Of a stretch of DNA of 24,833 nt, positions 1 through 8,600 are shown piece after piece. The notes under the pieces were generated by a model. The model ran no database searches, was not told the origin of the DNA, and saw only the letters and a list, made by a program, of their open reading frames with translations. Every line of letters starts with the position of its first letter. The stretch's first letter is position 1. The translations under genes and the position numbers were made by a program. This stretch comes from Acidimicrobiaceae bacterium (GTDB taxonomy: Bacteria; Actinomycetota; Acidimicrobiia; Acidimicrobiales; Palsa-688), in NCBI GenBank assembly GCA_027334785.1, contig DAHWQF010000001.1, positions 1 to 24,833 of the forward strand. The letters run 5' to 3'.

Positions 1-200
1 CCCGTTGTGACTGTGACGAGGCTGCAGGACTCGTGCCTCGTGGCACTACGGCCCGCACGCTTGCTCCCTCCAAAGAGGCTCTTGACGCCCCGCTCAGCCC
101 GCCGCCTCTCGACGACGAACCGGGGCCTGCTACCGGGCTCTCCGGCGTTTACCCGGACGGGACTCTCACCCGCTGGGTTGATCCAGTTTCCAGGACGCAC
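1..200 (-). mobile_element. 5' end (domain I) of a group II intron, truncated by the window edge
   Basis: The minus strand from 200 reads GTGCGTCCTGGAAACTGGATCAACCCAGCGGGTGAGAGTCCCGTCCGGGTAAACGCCGGAGAGCCCGGTAGCAGG...GAGTCCTGCAGCCTCG. This has the canonical GUGYG 5' splice site followed by GGGUGAGAGUCCC and CGGUAGC segments typical of IIB-like bacterial intron domain I. The RT ORF and domains V/VI are not in the window. Confidence 0.8.
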
Positions 201-623
201 CATGGCCCGAGGTTAGGGTGCCGCGCCCGAGTGCACATCTCGGGCGCCGCCGGGTGCTTCAACGGTGAGCCCAAGGTCTTGTGCAGAGTCGCCCTGGCCC
301 GGAGAGGCCCGACGACGGAGCACCCCCTTCAACCCCGTCACGAGCGACGCCGGCAGCCCGGTCAGGCTCGCGGCCGTCGGCTGATCGTATTTCCGTACCA
401 GCCGCGAGACCTAGTTGTCGGCCCACTTTGAGCTAGGTACTTGCGCTCATTTCCCAGGCCAGCGCTTGGTCAATTGCGCCAAGGACCATTGAGGGCGCCT
501 CGTGAAGCGACTTTCGTGTGAGGGTCGCCGGCGGGATGCCGGCGCTGAATGAGGAGGGGGAACGGCCGGGTCAACCGGCTGCCGCCTCCATTCGACCAAT
601 AAGGCAACACAAGGAGACGAAAA

Positions 624-2174
624 ATGAACCTTAGGACACCCCAAGGGGTGTGGCGCAAGACGGCTTCGGTGCTCATCGCGGCCTCCACGATGGCCGGCCT
701 GAGCTTGGCCGGTACCGGGATAGCGTCGGCACAGTCATCGGGGAACTCCATACCCATGTCGGCGAACATCTCGTCGTCGGGTACCGGTCCCAACATCGAA
801 TGCTCCTGGCTGGTAACCGACAACAACCCGGCCGGAGGAGCGGAGACGAGCAACACCAACTCCGCTGCTCCCAACTTCACCGGGGCCCCTTACACGTCCA
901 GCCCCGGGGCGACGGCACCGACTCCCCCAGGGGGTAGCACGACCGTCACCGACAAGTACGGCAACGTGCTGAGCACGGCGATCAACTACGGGGTCTCGAA
1001 CATCTCGCCCAACGGGTTGGCCGACTCAGTCAACACGGGCACCGCCCCGTGCCAGCTGCCGACCTCGCCGAACACCGCCCTCCCCAACCCATCGGCGCCT
1101 CAAGAGCCGTCGGCGACGTTCTCCTCGGGAGTCGACGTCCTGCCCAACGCGTTCGACGCCGCCAACAGGTCTTTTGACCAGCAGGGCAACGCGCCTCGCC
1201 GGGTTGAGCTCTGGGCCGCGGTCGATGACCTGACCGGCCTCAGCTCCATATCCGACGTGTACTGGGACGTCTACTACCCGAACGGGAAGCTCGACGTTGA
1301 GGTGTTCTCCGCCGCCCCCATCGAGGGCGCGTCGGCTTGCACCGGGAGCACCCTGACCGGCCTGTTGAACCCCATGTTCACCCAGGCCATCGGGGATGGC
1401 GAACTCAGCAACGCCGCAGTCAACGACTCCACCAACGGGATCCTGACACTCTGCAACGAGGGCGTTAAGTCCCTCTGGCACAACGCCTTCACGATCTCAA
1501 AGGACGACCCCAACGGCGTCTATACCGTCACCACCCGGGCCGTTGACACGCAAGGCAACGTGACATCACAGAGCTACACCTTCGCCGTGGACGCATTCAC
1601 CGCCTTCGACCAGGACTTCAGCGCGGTCAACTTCGGCAGTGTCACACCCGGTGGCTCGCAGGTCGTCCCAGGCGACACGAACTTCAACCCGCCCAACTCG
1701 TCGCACCCGACGATCACCAATGGTGGCAACGAGGGTATGCAGGTCGGGGTACAGTTCTTCCCGATGACCGGCCAGACCTACGGGAAGGTCATCGGCACCC
1801 CGGGCTCCACGGGTAACGGCTACTTCGACGCCAGCTTCGGCTACAACGCCAGCTACTTGCAGACCCTGAGCCCGATCGCACCTGCCAGCGGCTCACCTGG
1901 GGCCGGCAACACGGACCAGATCGTCTGGTTCAACGGGAACGGTCCCCAGCTGGTCTGCCCGAACGACACGCCGAAGCTCGACCTGTCCGTCCACCCGGAG
2001 ACCGGCATACCGGTCGACACCTATAACGGCTCGATGGTCGTCTGGTCTCAGGCCAGCCCGGGCGCTGGGTCGGTCAGCGGCACAGCCGGCTATTGCCCAA
2101 CCGACAACGGTGCTCCTTACATGCCGGTCGCCGGTGATGCCGGGGCTCCCGTGCGGCTCGCTCCTGCCGGGTAA
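624..2174 (+). CDS. Secreted beta-rich protein, 516 aa (putative WxL-like/fimbrial-type surface subunit)
   Basis: RBS AAGGAG precedes the ATG. Sec signal peptide ends GIASA|QS. The protein is N/S/T/G/P-rich with 6 Cys and Ig-like strands (VYTVTTRAVDTQGN; VNFGSVTPG...TITNGGN), and has no C-terminal anchor. Confidence is for the CDS; the family assignment is tentative. Confidence 0.85.
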   Translation: MNLRTPQGVWRKTASVLIAASTMAGLSLAGTGIASAQSSGNSIPMSANISSSGTGPNIECSWLVTDNNPAGGAETSNTNSAAPNFTGAPYTSSPGATAPTPPGGSTTVTDKYGNVLSTAINYGVSNISPNGLADSVNTGTAPCQLPTSPNTALPNPSAPQEPSATFSSGVDVLPNAFDAANRSFDQQGNAPRRVELWAAVDDLTGLSSISDVYWDVYYPNGKLDVEVFSAAPIEGASACTGSTLTGLLNPMFTQAIGDGELSNAAVNDSTNGILTLCNEGVKSLWHNAFTISKDDPNGVYTVTTRAVDTQGNVTSQSYTFAVDAFTAFDQDFSAVNFGSVTPGGSQVVPGDTNFNPPNSSHPTITNGGNEGMQVGVQFFPMTGQTYGKVIGTPGSTGNGYFDASFGYNASYLQTLSPIAPASGSPGAGNTDQIVWFNGNGPQLVCPNDTPKLDLSVHPETGIPVDTYNGSMVVWSQASPGAGSVSGTAGYCPTDNGAPYMPVAGDAGAPVRLAPAG

Positions 2175-2256
2175 TAACCAGAAACCCGAACCAGCTTGCC
2201 TGAAGGGCAACGCCGGCCGACGGGCCGGTCGGGCAAGCCGCTAACAGCAAAGAGAG

Positions 2257-2284
2257 ATGGGGAGGGGCTACGGCCCCTCCCCAT
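2257..2284 (+). terminator. Perfect 12-bp hairpin with a C(UACG)G tetraloop; putative terminator or mRNA stabiliser
   Basis: ATGGGGAGGGGC-TACG-GCCCCTCCCCAT, 82 nt after the stop of 624..2174. There is no U-tract. Confidence 0.65.
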
Positions 2285-2377
2285 GTCGCGCTGGCCCCGG
2301 TGTCACCTCCCGACTGGCTCGTTTTTCATCAATCTTGATGGTGCGGCCATAGCGCGATATGGGCCACCCTTCTAGAT

Positions 2378-3790
2378 GTGACGAGAACGAACCTGAAGCT
2401 GGACGCGCTCTCGCTGGCCAAGAGAGCGCGTCTTGTCATGAGCGCGCTCATGCTCACCGTCGTCGGGGCGGGGACGTCCCTCCTCGGTGTGGGAGGAGCT
2501 TCCGCCACCACTCCTTCGGGCGGCGGCGGTAGCCTCGGTCTCTTCCCGACAAAGGTGTCGTACTCACAGGCTCTCCGGGGAGGCTCGTACACCGAGACGA
2601 TCGGCCTGATCAATGGCGGGTCGACGCCGAAAACGTTCTATTTCGCCAGCGACGGGCGGGCAGGTGCGTGGCTGAGCGTGGTCCGCTCTTCCGCGCCCAC
2701 AAAGGCATTGCGGTCCGTCCTGGCCGACCCGGGTGACACCGACCTGCTCCTCAGGCTGCGCGTGCCGGCGACGCTCAGCAACGGCACTTACCAGGGTAGG
2801 CTCGTCGTCGAAGCGCCACCGGTGAAAGCTGCCAACGGGACCAGCTCGGTCGGCTTCGGGGCGGTAGTCCCCGTAACGGTCCACGTCACCGGCACCCAAA
2901 TCCTCGCGGGAAGGCTCCTGGACGCCTACACCTACCCAAAGGTCGAGGTCGGATCCCCGGTCACGGTGTTCGCTCGCGTACACGACGCCGGCAATGTCGC
3001 CATAACCCCGGTGTTCCATCTGCTTATAACCAAAGCTAAGGCCGTGGTTTTCAACCGCACGACCTCGGCCGGGACACTGCAACCTTCCGGTCTTCGTGTA
3101 CTGCAGCTCGATTGGCCGGGAAACGACACCGAGACGCAGACCCTTGGCGTCTACCACGCGGAGCTTTCCGCCTCCTTCCGAAGCGTCAACCTCGGTTCCA
3201 AGTCCATGTCCTTCAGGCTCGTGCCCTACGGGAGCCTCCACCGCGGCGGCAAGCTGCTCGGCCTGAAGCTGCTCAACCACCCGAGCGCCGGCTATTCGGC
3301 TGAACTGCAGGCGTCGGTACGGAGCAGCGGCCTATTGCCGCAGGAGACGACCTTTGTCGGCCAGCTCTACCGCAACGGTGCTCTCGTCCAAGGGGTGAAG
3401 TCCCTCGCCCCAGTGCTGCTCCAACCAAGCCAGAGCGGCGTCATCAACATACCGGTCCCTGTGGCCAAGGACGGGCTCTACCGGATCACGGGAGTCGCCA
3501 CCTTCGACGGCGCCCAAAGCAAGACAGAGACGCTTACCTTCCGGGTCGGCCCTGCCCCCCTCCCCCTCCTCTACCCCTTCGCCGGTGGTGCAGCAGTGCT
3601 GGTCCTCTTCGGCCTGCTCGTGCTCTTCGCGTTGCGGAGACGCCGGCGGCGCCCTCCGGCTGCCCTACCCCCGACGAGGCACCTGCCACCTCGATATCCA
3701 GCCACACACCCGAGGACCTTGCACGTACCGCCTCGTACACCGGCCGCCAGCGTGCCCGGGCGCCAACACACTCGCCAGCGGCGAGGCTGA
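2378..3790 (+). CDS. DUF916/WxLIP-like cell-surface protein with a C-terminal TM anchor
   Basis: Signal peptide (GGASA|TT). LGLFPTKV...ETIGLIN and VGFGAVVPVTVHVTG resemble the DUF916 pattern. Two further Ig-like domains follow, then a TM helix (FAGGAAVLVLFGLLVLFAL) and RRRRRR. The start could be ATG 2438. Confidence 0.75.
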   Translation: MTRTNLKLDALSLAKRARLVMSALMLTVVGAGTSLLGVGGASATTPSGGGGSLGLFPTKVSYSQALRGGSYTETIGLINGGSTPKTFYFASDGRAGAWLSVVRSSAPTKALRSVLADPGDTDLLLRLRVPATLSNGTYQGRLVVEAPPVKAANGTSSVGFGAVVPVTVHVTGTQILAGRLLDAYTYPKVEVGSPVTVFARVHDAGNVAITPVFHLLITKAKAVVFNRTTSAGTLQPSGLRVLQLDWPGNDTETQTLGVYHAELSASFRSVNLGSKSMSFRLVPYGSLHRGGKLLGLKLLNHPSAGYSAELQASVRSSGLLPQETTFVGQLYRNGALVQGVKSLAPVLLQPSQSGVINIPVPVAKDGLYRITGVATFDGAQSKTETLTFRVGPAPLPLLYPFAGGAAVLVLFGLLVLFALRRRRRRPPAALPPTRHLPPRYPATHPRTLHVPPRTPAASVPGRQHTRQRRG

Positions 3791-3875
3791 GCATGTGCAG
3801 GGAGGCGCGGCCTCTGGGCGCCCTGGCCGGGGCGCCAGCACGGCCCGGTATGTGGCGGTCGAGACCGAGGGCGGC

Positions 3876-4673
3876 ATGAACCCGAGCTTGTCGTTGCCTT
3901 ACGGAGAGCAACTGCCAACGTTCCGCGGGGCCCAAGGCCGCCTGGACGCCTCTCTCAAGACGATCTTCGACGACCTCTCAGAGGGGGTCTTAGTCTTGGA
4001 CAGCGCCGGCCAGCGGACGTACTCCAACCCGGCCCTCAACTACCTGGTCGGCGGCAACGCCTGCTTACCCCTCGGCACACCCGAGCCACCCCCCTACGTG
4101 CCCTTGGACCAGCGCCAACGGTACTTGCTGGCTCTCAAGGGGACCGCCTCTCTGCTCACACTGGAGGGTTCGGGCACTAGCTCGACCTGGATCGAACTCG
4201 CAGCACCGGGGCGGCCCCGGGTGCGCACCAAGGTGACGATAAGCGCGTTCACCGGGTCACACGGCTGGCGCTTCGCCGTCTGGTTGCTCACCCCGGGACC
4301 TTCCCCGCACGTTTCCGGCCAGCCAGCCCTCGTTCCGGAGGCCTACGCGGGATTTGACGGCTTAGGCGCAGGCGTCGACGGCGCCTTGGCCTGGGGGCCG
4401 CTTTCCGCAGTGGACTCCCTCACCCGACGGGAAAAGGACGTCTTACAGCTGCTCCTGGACGGGCGCCGGGTCTCGTCGATCGCGCGCTCCCTCTACCTGA
4501 GCCCGCAGACCGTGCGCAACCACCTGAAGGCCATCTTTCGCAAGCTTGGAGCCCACTCTCAGGCAGAGCTGCTGGACAGGCTGCGGCCGACGGCGCACGA
4601 GCGCGGCTTGCCCAGGCCCAAGCCCGACCACGCTCACCCTATGGAAACCGTCTTAGGAAGCGAACCGACGTGA
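3876..4673 (+). CDS. PAS-like domain + LuxR-type HTH transcriptional regulator
   Basis: IFDDLSEGVLVLDSAGQRTYSNPAL is a PAS-like start. LTRREKDVLQLLLDGRRVSSIARSLYLSPQTVRNHLKAIFRKLG is a LuxR HTH. ATG 3876 was chosen because the ORF-track start (3585) overlaps the upstream gene. Confidence 0.85.
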   Translation: MNPSLSLPYGEQLPTFRGAQGRLDASLKTIFDDLSEGVLVLDSAGQRTYSNPALNYLVGGNACLPLGTPEPPPYVPLDQRQRYLLALKGTASLLTLEGSGTSSTWIELAAPGRPRVRTKVTISAFTGSHGWRFAVWLLTPGPSPHVSGQPALVPEAYAGFDGLGAGVDGALAWGPLSAVDSLTRREKDVLQLLLDGRRVSSIARSLYLSPQTVRNHLKAIFRKLGAHSQAELLDRLRPTAHERGLPRPKPDHAHPMETVLGSEPT

Positions 4674-5923
4674 CCACACAGGAAATGACCGGGCTCCCAG
4701 AACCGCGCCCGCCCGCGGTGGAGGAGATCACGGCACCCGCTGCGATTGCCGTGATGATCGTCGAAGCGGACAACGAGGTCCTCGTGCAGCTTCACGCGGC
4801 CCTTTCCCACATCTGGGACCCCCAAGCCTTCTCGACGCTCGACGGTCTCGACGGCGCCCGCGTGCGGCCAGGCCGCCCGCTTGTCTTGGTCCTTGGCCCC
4901 TCGCAGGCAACAGAGGAAACACTCGAGCGCGTCGCCGACCTCCTGAGGGACACCCCCGGTAGCGGAGCGGTACTGGTAGTAGACCAGCCCTCGGCTGGGG
5001 TGATGCGGCGCGCTATTCGGTCCGGGGTCGGCGACGCCGTGGCACTCGCCGAGATAGACGGCGAGCTCGCACCGGCCGTCGATGAACTGGCCTACAGGTT
5101 GGAGCGCGAGCTCGCTGCCGCGGCAGCAGCCAACGCACGGGACCGACCGCCTGCCCACCGCGGGCCGGCGCGAGGCTTCGTGACCAGTGTCTTTTCGCCG
5201 AAAGGCGGTGTCGGCAAGTCGGTAGTGGCCGTCAATTTGGCTACGGCGCTCGCCATGCGCTCCGGCCAGCCGGTCGCCATCTTGGACCTGGACCTCCAGT
5301 TCGGCGACATCGCCGTGATGCTGCGCCTGCAGCCACGGCATACATTTACCGACGCCGTCTCGGCCGGGGACCTGCTCGACGAGACGCTCCTTCGCAGCTT
5401 CCTGGCCCGCCACGAAAGAAGCGGAGTCTATGTGCTCGGCGCCCCGACCTCTCCGTCCGAGGCGGACAACGTCGAGCCTGCTTCGATGCTTCGCGTGCTG
5501 GAGCTCCTGCGAACCATGTTCGCCCACGTAATCGTCGACACCCCCCCGCGTCTCTCCGAGGTGGTGCTCCAAGCCGTAGCCGAAAGCGACCTGGCCACCT
5601 TTTTACTTTCCATGGACGTCCCTTCAGTGAAGAACGCCCGTCTCGGGCTTCAGGCCTTCGAGCTCCTGCAGCTGCCAATGGACAAGGTGCTGATGGTTCT
5701 CAACAGAGCCGACTCGAGGGTCCACTTGGCCCAACATGACATCGAAAAGGCGCTCGAAGTCAAGGTCGACGTTTCCATACCCTCGGAGGCAGTCGTCCCC
5801 CAGTCGGTCAACCAGGGCTCACCGGTCTTAGTCGAGCACCCGCGGTCGCGCTTCGTCGGCCAAGTGTTCCAACTGGCCGACCTCGTCATGGCCCGGGCCG
5901 AGGAGGCAGCCCTGCAACCATGA
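4670..5923 (+). CDS. cpaE: Flp pilus assembly ATPase CpaE/TadZ (receiver-like N-terminus + MinD/ParA-type domain)
   Basis: Deviant Walker A FSPKGGVGKSVVAVNLA, ILDLDLQFGD and VIVDTPP motifs. It lies directly upstream of cpaF, and its start overlaps the upstream gene (GTGA). Confidence 0.9.
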   Translation: MTTQEMTGLPEPRPPAVEEITAPAAIAVMIVEADNEVLVQLHAALSHIWDPQAFSTLDGLDGARVRPGRPLVLVLGPSQATEETLERVADLLRDTPGSGAVLVVDQPSAGVMRRAIRSGVGDAVALAEIDGELAPAVDELAYRLERELAAAAAANARDRPPAHRGPARGFVTSVFSPKGGVGKSVVAVNLATALAMRSGQPVAILDLDLQFGDIAVMLRLQPRHTFTDAVSAGDLLDETLLRSFLARHERSGVYVLGAPTSPSEADNVEPASMLRVLELLRTMFAHVIVDTPPRLSEVVLQAVAESDLATFLLSMDVPSVKNARLGLQAFELLQLPMDKVLMVLNRADSRVHLAQHDIEKALEVKVDVSIPSEAVVPQSVNQGSPVLVEHPRSRFVGQVFQLADLVMARAEEAALQP

Positions 5924-7443
5924 GCAGCGAAGACCGCCTGACGCGAAATACAAATAGCCCGTCCGCCAGGGGCTCGTCGTCCGGGAGAAGGTCCGACGGC
6001 CTGGTGGTCGGCGACGCGAAGCACGAGCCTTTTGAAAGCGTTAACGCGCGCCGCCCCGGTGCGCCGAGCCTTTACGGGCGCCTACAGGAGGGCATGGGCT
6101 CAGTCGACGTCAGGGCAGGGGTCCTGGACGCCGTCCGCGAGCGCGCCCACCGCCGCGTGATATCCGAGCTCGGGCCTGTGTTCTATAGCAACCTGGTCGA
6201 CCAGAAGGAGCTCCGGGCGCGTGTCGAGCAGATCCTGCAGACCGCCCTGCGGGTCGAGAAGACGCCGATGTCGGCGGCAGAAACGGCACAGGTCGCGCAG
6301 AGTGTCACCGACGACGTGCTCGGCTATGGCCCGATCGAGCCGCTGCTCCACGACCAAACGATCTCGGAGATCATGGTAAATGGGCCGAACCGTGTTTACA
6401 TTGAGCGCAACGGCAAGATCGTGCCGACGAAGGTCTCATTTCTGGACGAGGCGCACTTGCGCCATGTCACGGGGCGCATCGTGGCCGAAGTTGGCCGCCA
6501 CATCGACGAATCCTCACCTATGGTTGACGCCCGCCTGCCCGACGGTTCGAGGGTCAACGCCATCTATCCACCCCTGGCGGTCGGCGGCCCTTTCTTGACC
6601 ATCCGCAAGTTCGCCGCCGACCCCTTCACCCTCGAAGACCTCGTCGGCTTCGGTACCTTCACCCAGCCGGTGGCCGAGTTCCTGCGGGCCTGCGTGCAGG
6701 GCAGGGCCAACGTCTTGGTATCAGGCGGCGCCAGCACAGGAAAAACCACGCTGCTCAACGTGCTGTCGTCGTTCATCCCCGCTGACGAGCGCATCATTAC
6801 CATAGAAGATGCCAAGGAGCTCCAGCTGCGCCAGCGCCACGTCGTCTCGCTCGAGTCGCGCCCACCCAACACCGAAGGCAAGGGCGAGGTCACGATCAGG
6901 GACTTGCTCCGCAACGCCCTCCGCATGCGACCCGACCGCATCATCATCGGCGAGTGCCGGTCCGGCGAAGCCCTCGACATGCTCCAGGCGATGAACACAG
7001 GGCACGAGGGCTCGCTGACGACGGTGCATGCCAACAGCCCTCGCGACGCGCTGGCCCGCGTGGAGACCATGACGCTGATGGCCGGCTTCGACCTCCCGAT
7101 CCGGGCCGTGCGCGAGCAGGTTTCGGCCGCCCTCGACATCATCGTGCACCTGGCACGTCTACGCGACGGCAGCCGGCGGGTGACCCACGTGACCGAGGTT
7201 GGGCGAATGGAGGGTGACATGATCCTCCTACAGGACATCTTCGTTTTCGACTACCGGGCAGGGGCTGGTCTTGGGCGCGTCCCCGGCCAGCTCCGCGCAA
7301 CGGGGCTGCGCCCACAGCTCACCGACAGGCTTGCCGACCGGGGGGTGGAGGTCGACCGCGCCGTCTTCGAGCCCGAGGCAGGTGCCCACCACAACGGTGC
7401 GGCCGGGCGCGCCCTTCCCACGGCTAATGGGTGGCTCAAGTAA
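5920..7443 (+). CDS. cpaF: Flp pilus assembly ATPase CpaF/TadA
   Basis: EIMVNG, SSPMVDARLPDGSRVNAI, Walker A GGASTGKTT, TIEDAKEL, LRMRPDRIIIGECR and AMNTGHEGSLTTVHANS motifs. ATGA overlap with cpaE. Confidence 0.97.
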   Translation: MSSEDRLTRNTNSPSARGSSSGRRSDGLVVGDAKHEPFESVNARRPGAPSLYGRLQEGMGSVDVRAGVLDAVRERAHRRVISELGPVFYSNLVDQKELRARVEQILQTALRVEKTPMSAAETAQVAQSVTDDVLGYGPIEPLLHDQTISEIMVNGPNRVYIERNGKIVPTKVSFLDEAHLRHVTGRIVAEVGRHIDESSPMVDARLPDGSRVNAIYPPLAVGGPFLTIRKFAADPFTLEDLVGFGTFTQPVAEFLRACVQGRANVLVSGGASTGKTTLLNVLSSFIPADERIITIEDAKELQLRQRHVVSLESRPPNTEGKGEVTIRDLLRNALRMRPDRIIIGECRSGEALDMLQAMNTGHEGSLTTVHANSPRDALARVETMTLMAGFDLPIRAVREQVSAALDIIVHLARLRDGSRRVTHVTEVGRMEGDMILLQDIFVFDYRAGAGLGRVPGQLRATGLRPQLTDRLADRGVEVDRAVFEPEAGAHHNGAAGRALPTANGWLK

Positions 7444-8600
7444 GAGTGGCCGCTACCCGCGTGTGGCACAGCGTCGTGGTCCACTTCGGGCATCTGCGAA
7501 GCCCCGAAGGAGCGGCCTTGTTGGGAGCGGCTGCGGTCCTCATCGTGACTTTGTGGGTACTGAGGCGGCGGCACCAGCGCGACCTCTCTGCGGCCAAGGA
7601 AGCCGGATCCTCCACGCGGCGTTACAGCAGCGGGCGTCACGTGCGACCCGAACTCGCCCACCCTCGGGAGAGGACGCTACGCAGAGGGTGGCGGTTATGG
7701 GCGCGCTCGCGCCAGCCCGACCTCGCCGCCATCCTGGAGCCCTACCGTCTGACTCCGCTGGCCCCGTCTCGCCCCACCGGCGACGACTGGACCCTGCTCA
7801 CTTTGCCTGCGCTCAAGCGCCTCTCGGTCGGCCTGGAGGGCCTGGCGCGTCGAGTTGGCGCAGACCAGCGGCTCACGACGATGCTGGAAAGGGCCGGCGC
7901 CCGAACCCGCCTCGGCGAACTACTCTCGATATGGCTCATCGGCGGAGCGATCCTGGTAGCCCTCGGCTCAGCGCTGGCTGGGGCTGTAGGGAGCATCATA
8001 GTTCTGGTCCTCCTCTTGGTGGTCCCATTGGCGGGCCTGCAGGCGGCAGCTGACCACCGGGCCCGGCTGTTCGCCATCCAGCTACCCGATGTCCTGAAGC
8101 TCACAGCAAGTTCGCTGCGGGCAGGCTTTTCGCTTTTGCAGGGGCTCGAGGCCGTGACGCGCCAGTTGCGTGAGCCTTCTGCGGGCGAACTGCAACGCGT
8201 GCTCAACGAGGCTCGCCTCGGCCGTCCGGTGGAGGAGGCCCTGGAAAGCGCAGCCGCCCGCATCCGCAACCACGACTTTTCCGAGAGCGTCGCCGCCGTG
8301 CGCATCCAGCAGGAGGCGGGGGGCAACCTGGCGTCCCTCTTCGACACCTTGGCAGAGACCATGGTCCAGCGCGTCCGGTTGCGCCGCGAGGTGAGGGCCC
8401 TCACAGCCGAGGGCCGCCTCAGCGCCTACATTTTGGGGGCCATGCCCGTCCTGCTCGGGATCTTCATCTTCGCCGTCAACCGCGCCTACATGCTCGAACT
8501 CTTCCACACCTTCCCGGGCAAGGTGATGCTCGTCGGCGGCTTGCTGCTCCAGGTTGTCGGCTTCTTTTGGATGTACCGCGTAGTGAAGATACAAACGTGA
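7431..8600 (+). CDS. tadB: Tad inner-membrane platform protein TadB (T2SS-F family)
   Basis: QLPDVLKLTASSLRAGFSLLQGL, QQEAGGNLASLFDTL and EVRALTAEGRLSAYIL motifs, plus TM helices. Confidence 0.92.
   Translation: MAQVRVAATRVWHSVVVHFGHLRSPEGAALLGAAAVLIVTLWVLRRRHQRDLSAAKEAGSSTRRYSSGRHVRPELAHPRERTLRRGWRLWARSRQPDLAAILEPYRLTPLAPSRPTGDDWTLLTLPALKRLSVGLEGLARRVGADQRLTTMLERAGARTRLGELLSIWLIGGAILVALGSALAGAVGSIIVLVLLLVVPLAGLQAAADHRARLFAIQLPDVLKLTASSLRAGFSLLQGLEAVTRQLREPSAGELQRVLNEARLGRPVEEALESAAARIRNHDFSESVAAVRIQQEAGGNLASLFDTLAETMVQRVRLRREVRALTAEGRLSAYILGAMPVLLGIFIFAVNRAYMLELFHTFPGKVMLVGGLLLQVVGFFWMYRVVKIQT

Noticed and set aside
223-247. 9-bp hairpin (GCGCCCGAG/CTCGGGCGC) 22 nt before the intron insertion site, suggesting IIC-type terminator targeting
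   Set aside because: The intron domain I looks IIB-like and has a plausible EBS2-IBS2 pair, which IIC introns lack. The hairpin has no U-tract.
7-431. ORFs 7..216 and 33..431 (+)
   Set aside because: They are antisense to the group II intron RNA and its exon, with no RBS or protein motifs.
624-2174. About 8 N-x-S/T sequons suggesting N-glycosylation
   Set aside because: This is roughly what the high Asn and Ser/Thr content predicts by chance.
3585-3875. N-terminal extension of the PAS-LuxR ORF
   Set aside because: It overlaps the 3' end of the DUF916-like gene by about 200 nt in another frame and has no domain-like content.
6714-6752. Walker A of CpaF reads GGASTGKT rather than the usual GGTGSGKT
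   Set aside because: It still fits GxxxxGKT and the other motifs are intact, so there is no evidence of inactivation.
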